Shown piece after piece: positions 62,597 to 64,000 of a stretch of 64,000 bases of DNA (its first letter is position 1; the number at the start of each line of letters is the position of its first letter). Position numbers and translations under genes: made by a program. The notes below the pieces were generated by a model, which saw only the letters and a program-made list of their open reading frames with translations, did no database searches and was not told the DNA's origin. Origin of the DNA: Diadema antillarum (lineage: Eukaryota); the NCBI RefSeq assembly GCF_040938485.1, contig NW_027270955.1:868001-932000 (forward strand). The letters are read 5' to 3'.

Positions 62597-62963
62597 CAGT
62601 GGACTCCCGTAATAACGAGGTCCTCGGGACCGGCAGTTTTCTTTCGTTATATCGAAATTTCGTTATAACCGAACAAATAAAAAATAGGCATAGAGCGGAT
62701 AATGGTGCGGCCTGAATTTTTACTTCGTTGTAACCGGAATTTCGTTATGCAGTGGCCGATCCAGGGAGGACCGCAACCGGCGCACGCCCCCCCCCCCCTT
62801 TATTTTTTTGTTGAAACAAAAGAAATAAAAAGAAAAAAATGGGGTGGGGGAGGGGTGCGTGCGCCCTCCCCCCTTTAACTTTGTAAACGCGCCCCCTCTT
62901 TACGGAATTCCTGGATCCGCCCCTGTTATGACCGTCACGGTGTTCGATCACGGGAGTGCACTG
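62597..62963. mobile_element. Tc1/mariner-type MITE interrupted by a nested element at 62750-62925
   Basis: TA|CAGTGGACTCCC...GGGAGTGCACTG|TA; insert CAGTGGCCGATCCAGG...CCTGGATCCGCCCCTG flanked by TTATG twice. Confidence 0.85.
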
Positions 62964-63173
62964 TATCAATACTTTCATAAGAAAGAGAAACAAATCCCTG
63001 CAGAACAGTGAAAAAATTTATTATCGAAGTCGGAGAAGAAAATAAGGAACTTATGACATTTTGAAATTTCACCTATTTTTTTCGGAAAACACTTCTGGAA
63101 CATTCATTTAAATACATGCATTCGAATCAGCAAGTTTTTGATGATGTCATGCTCTCACAATTGAGTATCTAAA

Positions 63174-63649
63174 TATGAGAACGACCCAAGTCCATGGAAG
63201 ACCATTACGAGTAAACTTAAAAAAACTTCATATCTTTTTTATTTGTCCAATAATATTCTATTTAACTGTGATGGGAAGGCAACATTGTATATACAAATTA
63301 GAATATATTATGACAATTAACATTTACATTAATTGTGGAGAGGCCATTTTGTGTGATGGACTTGGGTCGTTCTTTGAATCATATGGACTTGGGTCGTTCT
63401 TTGATTCATATACATGATATTCTGCTATAGAGGTGAATGAAGGATGAGAGAGGGCGCTATAATATGAATGTAAGAATGACCCAAGTCCTTCATTCTTACA
63501 TTGATATAAGATTTAACTCATTCATTTCAGGCACTTCCGGGGGTAATTAGGATTTATCATTAATATACAAGATGAGTCCATGCATCAGCTACAATTTCCC
63601 ATGTCAAACTGAATTTGGCCAAAAACTGGACTTGGGTCGTTCTTACATT
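63174..63649. mobile_element. Adjacent MITE-like units with GAACGACCCAAGTCC termini
   Basis: Motif at about 63178 and 63473; inverted copies at about 63358, 63386 and 63628. ATGTAAGAATGACCCAAGTCC pairs with GGACTTGGGTCGTTCTTACAT. Confidence 0.65.
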
Positions 63650-64000
63650 CAGGTCTTCAATTTCATATTAATTTCATATGCAGAAATGACAAAAATCTCA
63701 TAATAAGCTGCTTTTATACTTGTGAGCTGAAAATATTTTACCGAAGAGACACAGTACTTACAAAGTTTTTCTCCGCTTATCCTCTTGTTTTTCAGAATTC
63801 CAATTTTATCTTTTGTTCTAGTACGTTCTTGTGACAGATTTTTCTTCAAAGTTTTCGAAACTTTCTCAACCTCTAAATCTATATTCTCAGCCTGAAATAA
63901 GAGAAAAATTTACCAACTGTTGAAGAAACGAAAATGTTTTCAATACCTAAAGTCAGTTTCAAATGCTTAGGCAGTTAGAGAGTAGAACCAAACACGAAAC

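Overview
Eukaryotic, AT-rich, intron-containing genomic DNA from a marine invertebrate; an echinoderm, probably sea-urchin-like, is inferred from the repeat types and gene styles. There are three assembly gaps (7671-7850, 8060-8194, 14007-14232). Three conserved spliced genes could be rebuilt by hand with GT-AG sites and consistent phases: JHY (minus, coding 25725->13313, 5 coding exons, about 1677 aa), MRPL41 (plus, 37550->40809, 4 exons, 131 aa) and UFC1 (minus, 60826->57671, 4 exons, 170 aa). The window also has an intronless class A GPCR with atypical motifs (plus, 46164-47303) and a 344-aa acidic ORF I cannot assign (minus, 50363-51397), which has a splice acceptor and a polyA signal. The rest is dense in non-autonomous DNA transposons (Kolobok-like, PIF/Harbinger-like, Tc1/mariner-like, a piggyBac-like micro-element, a Helentron-type element and a foldback element), two satellite arrays at 1-3700 and microsatellites. 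I found no rRNA, tRNA, CRISPR array or transposase gene, and no clearly new multi-gene system. The best leads are the orphan ORF, two candidate poison exons in MRPL41, several odd features of JHY (very large exon, motif-duplicating cassette exon, uORFs, minisatellite over the stop codon) and the non-canonical GPCR. All alignments were made by eye; no database search was run.
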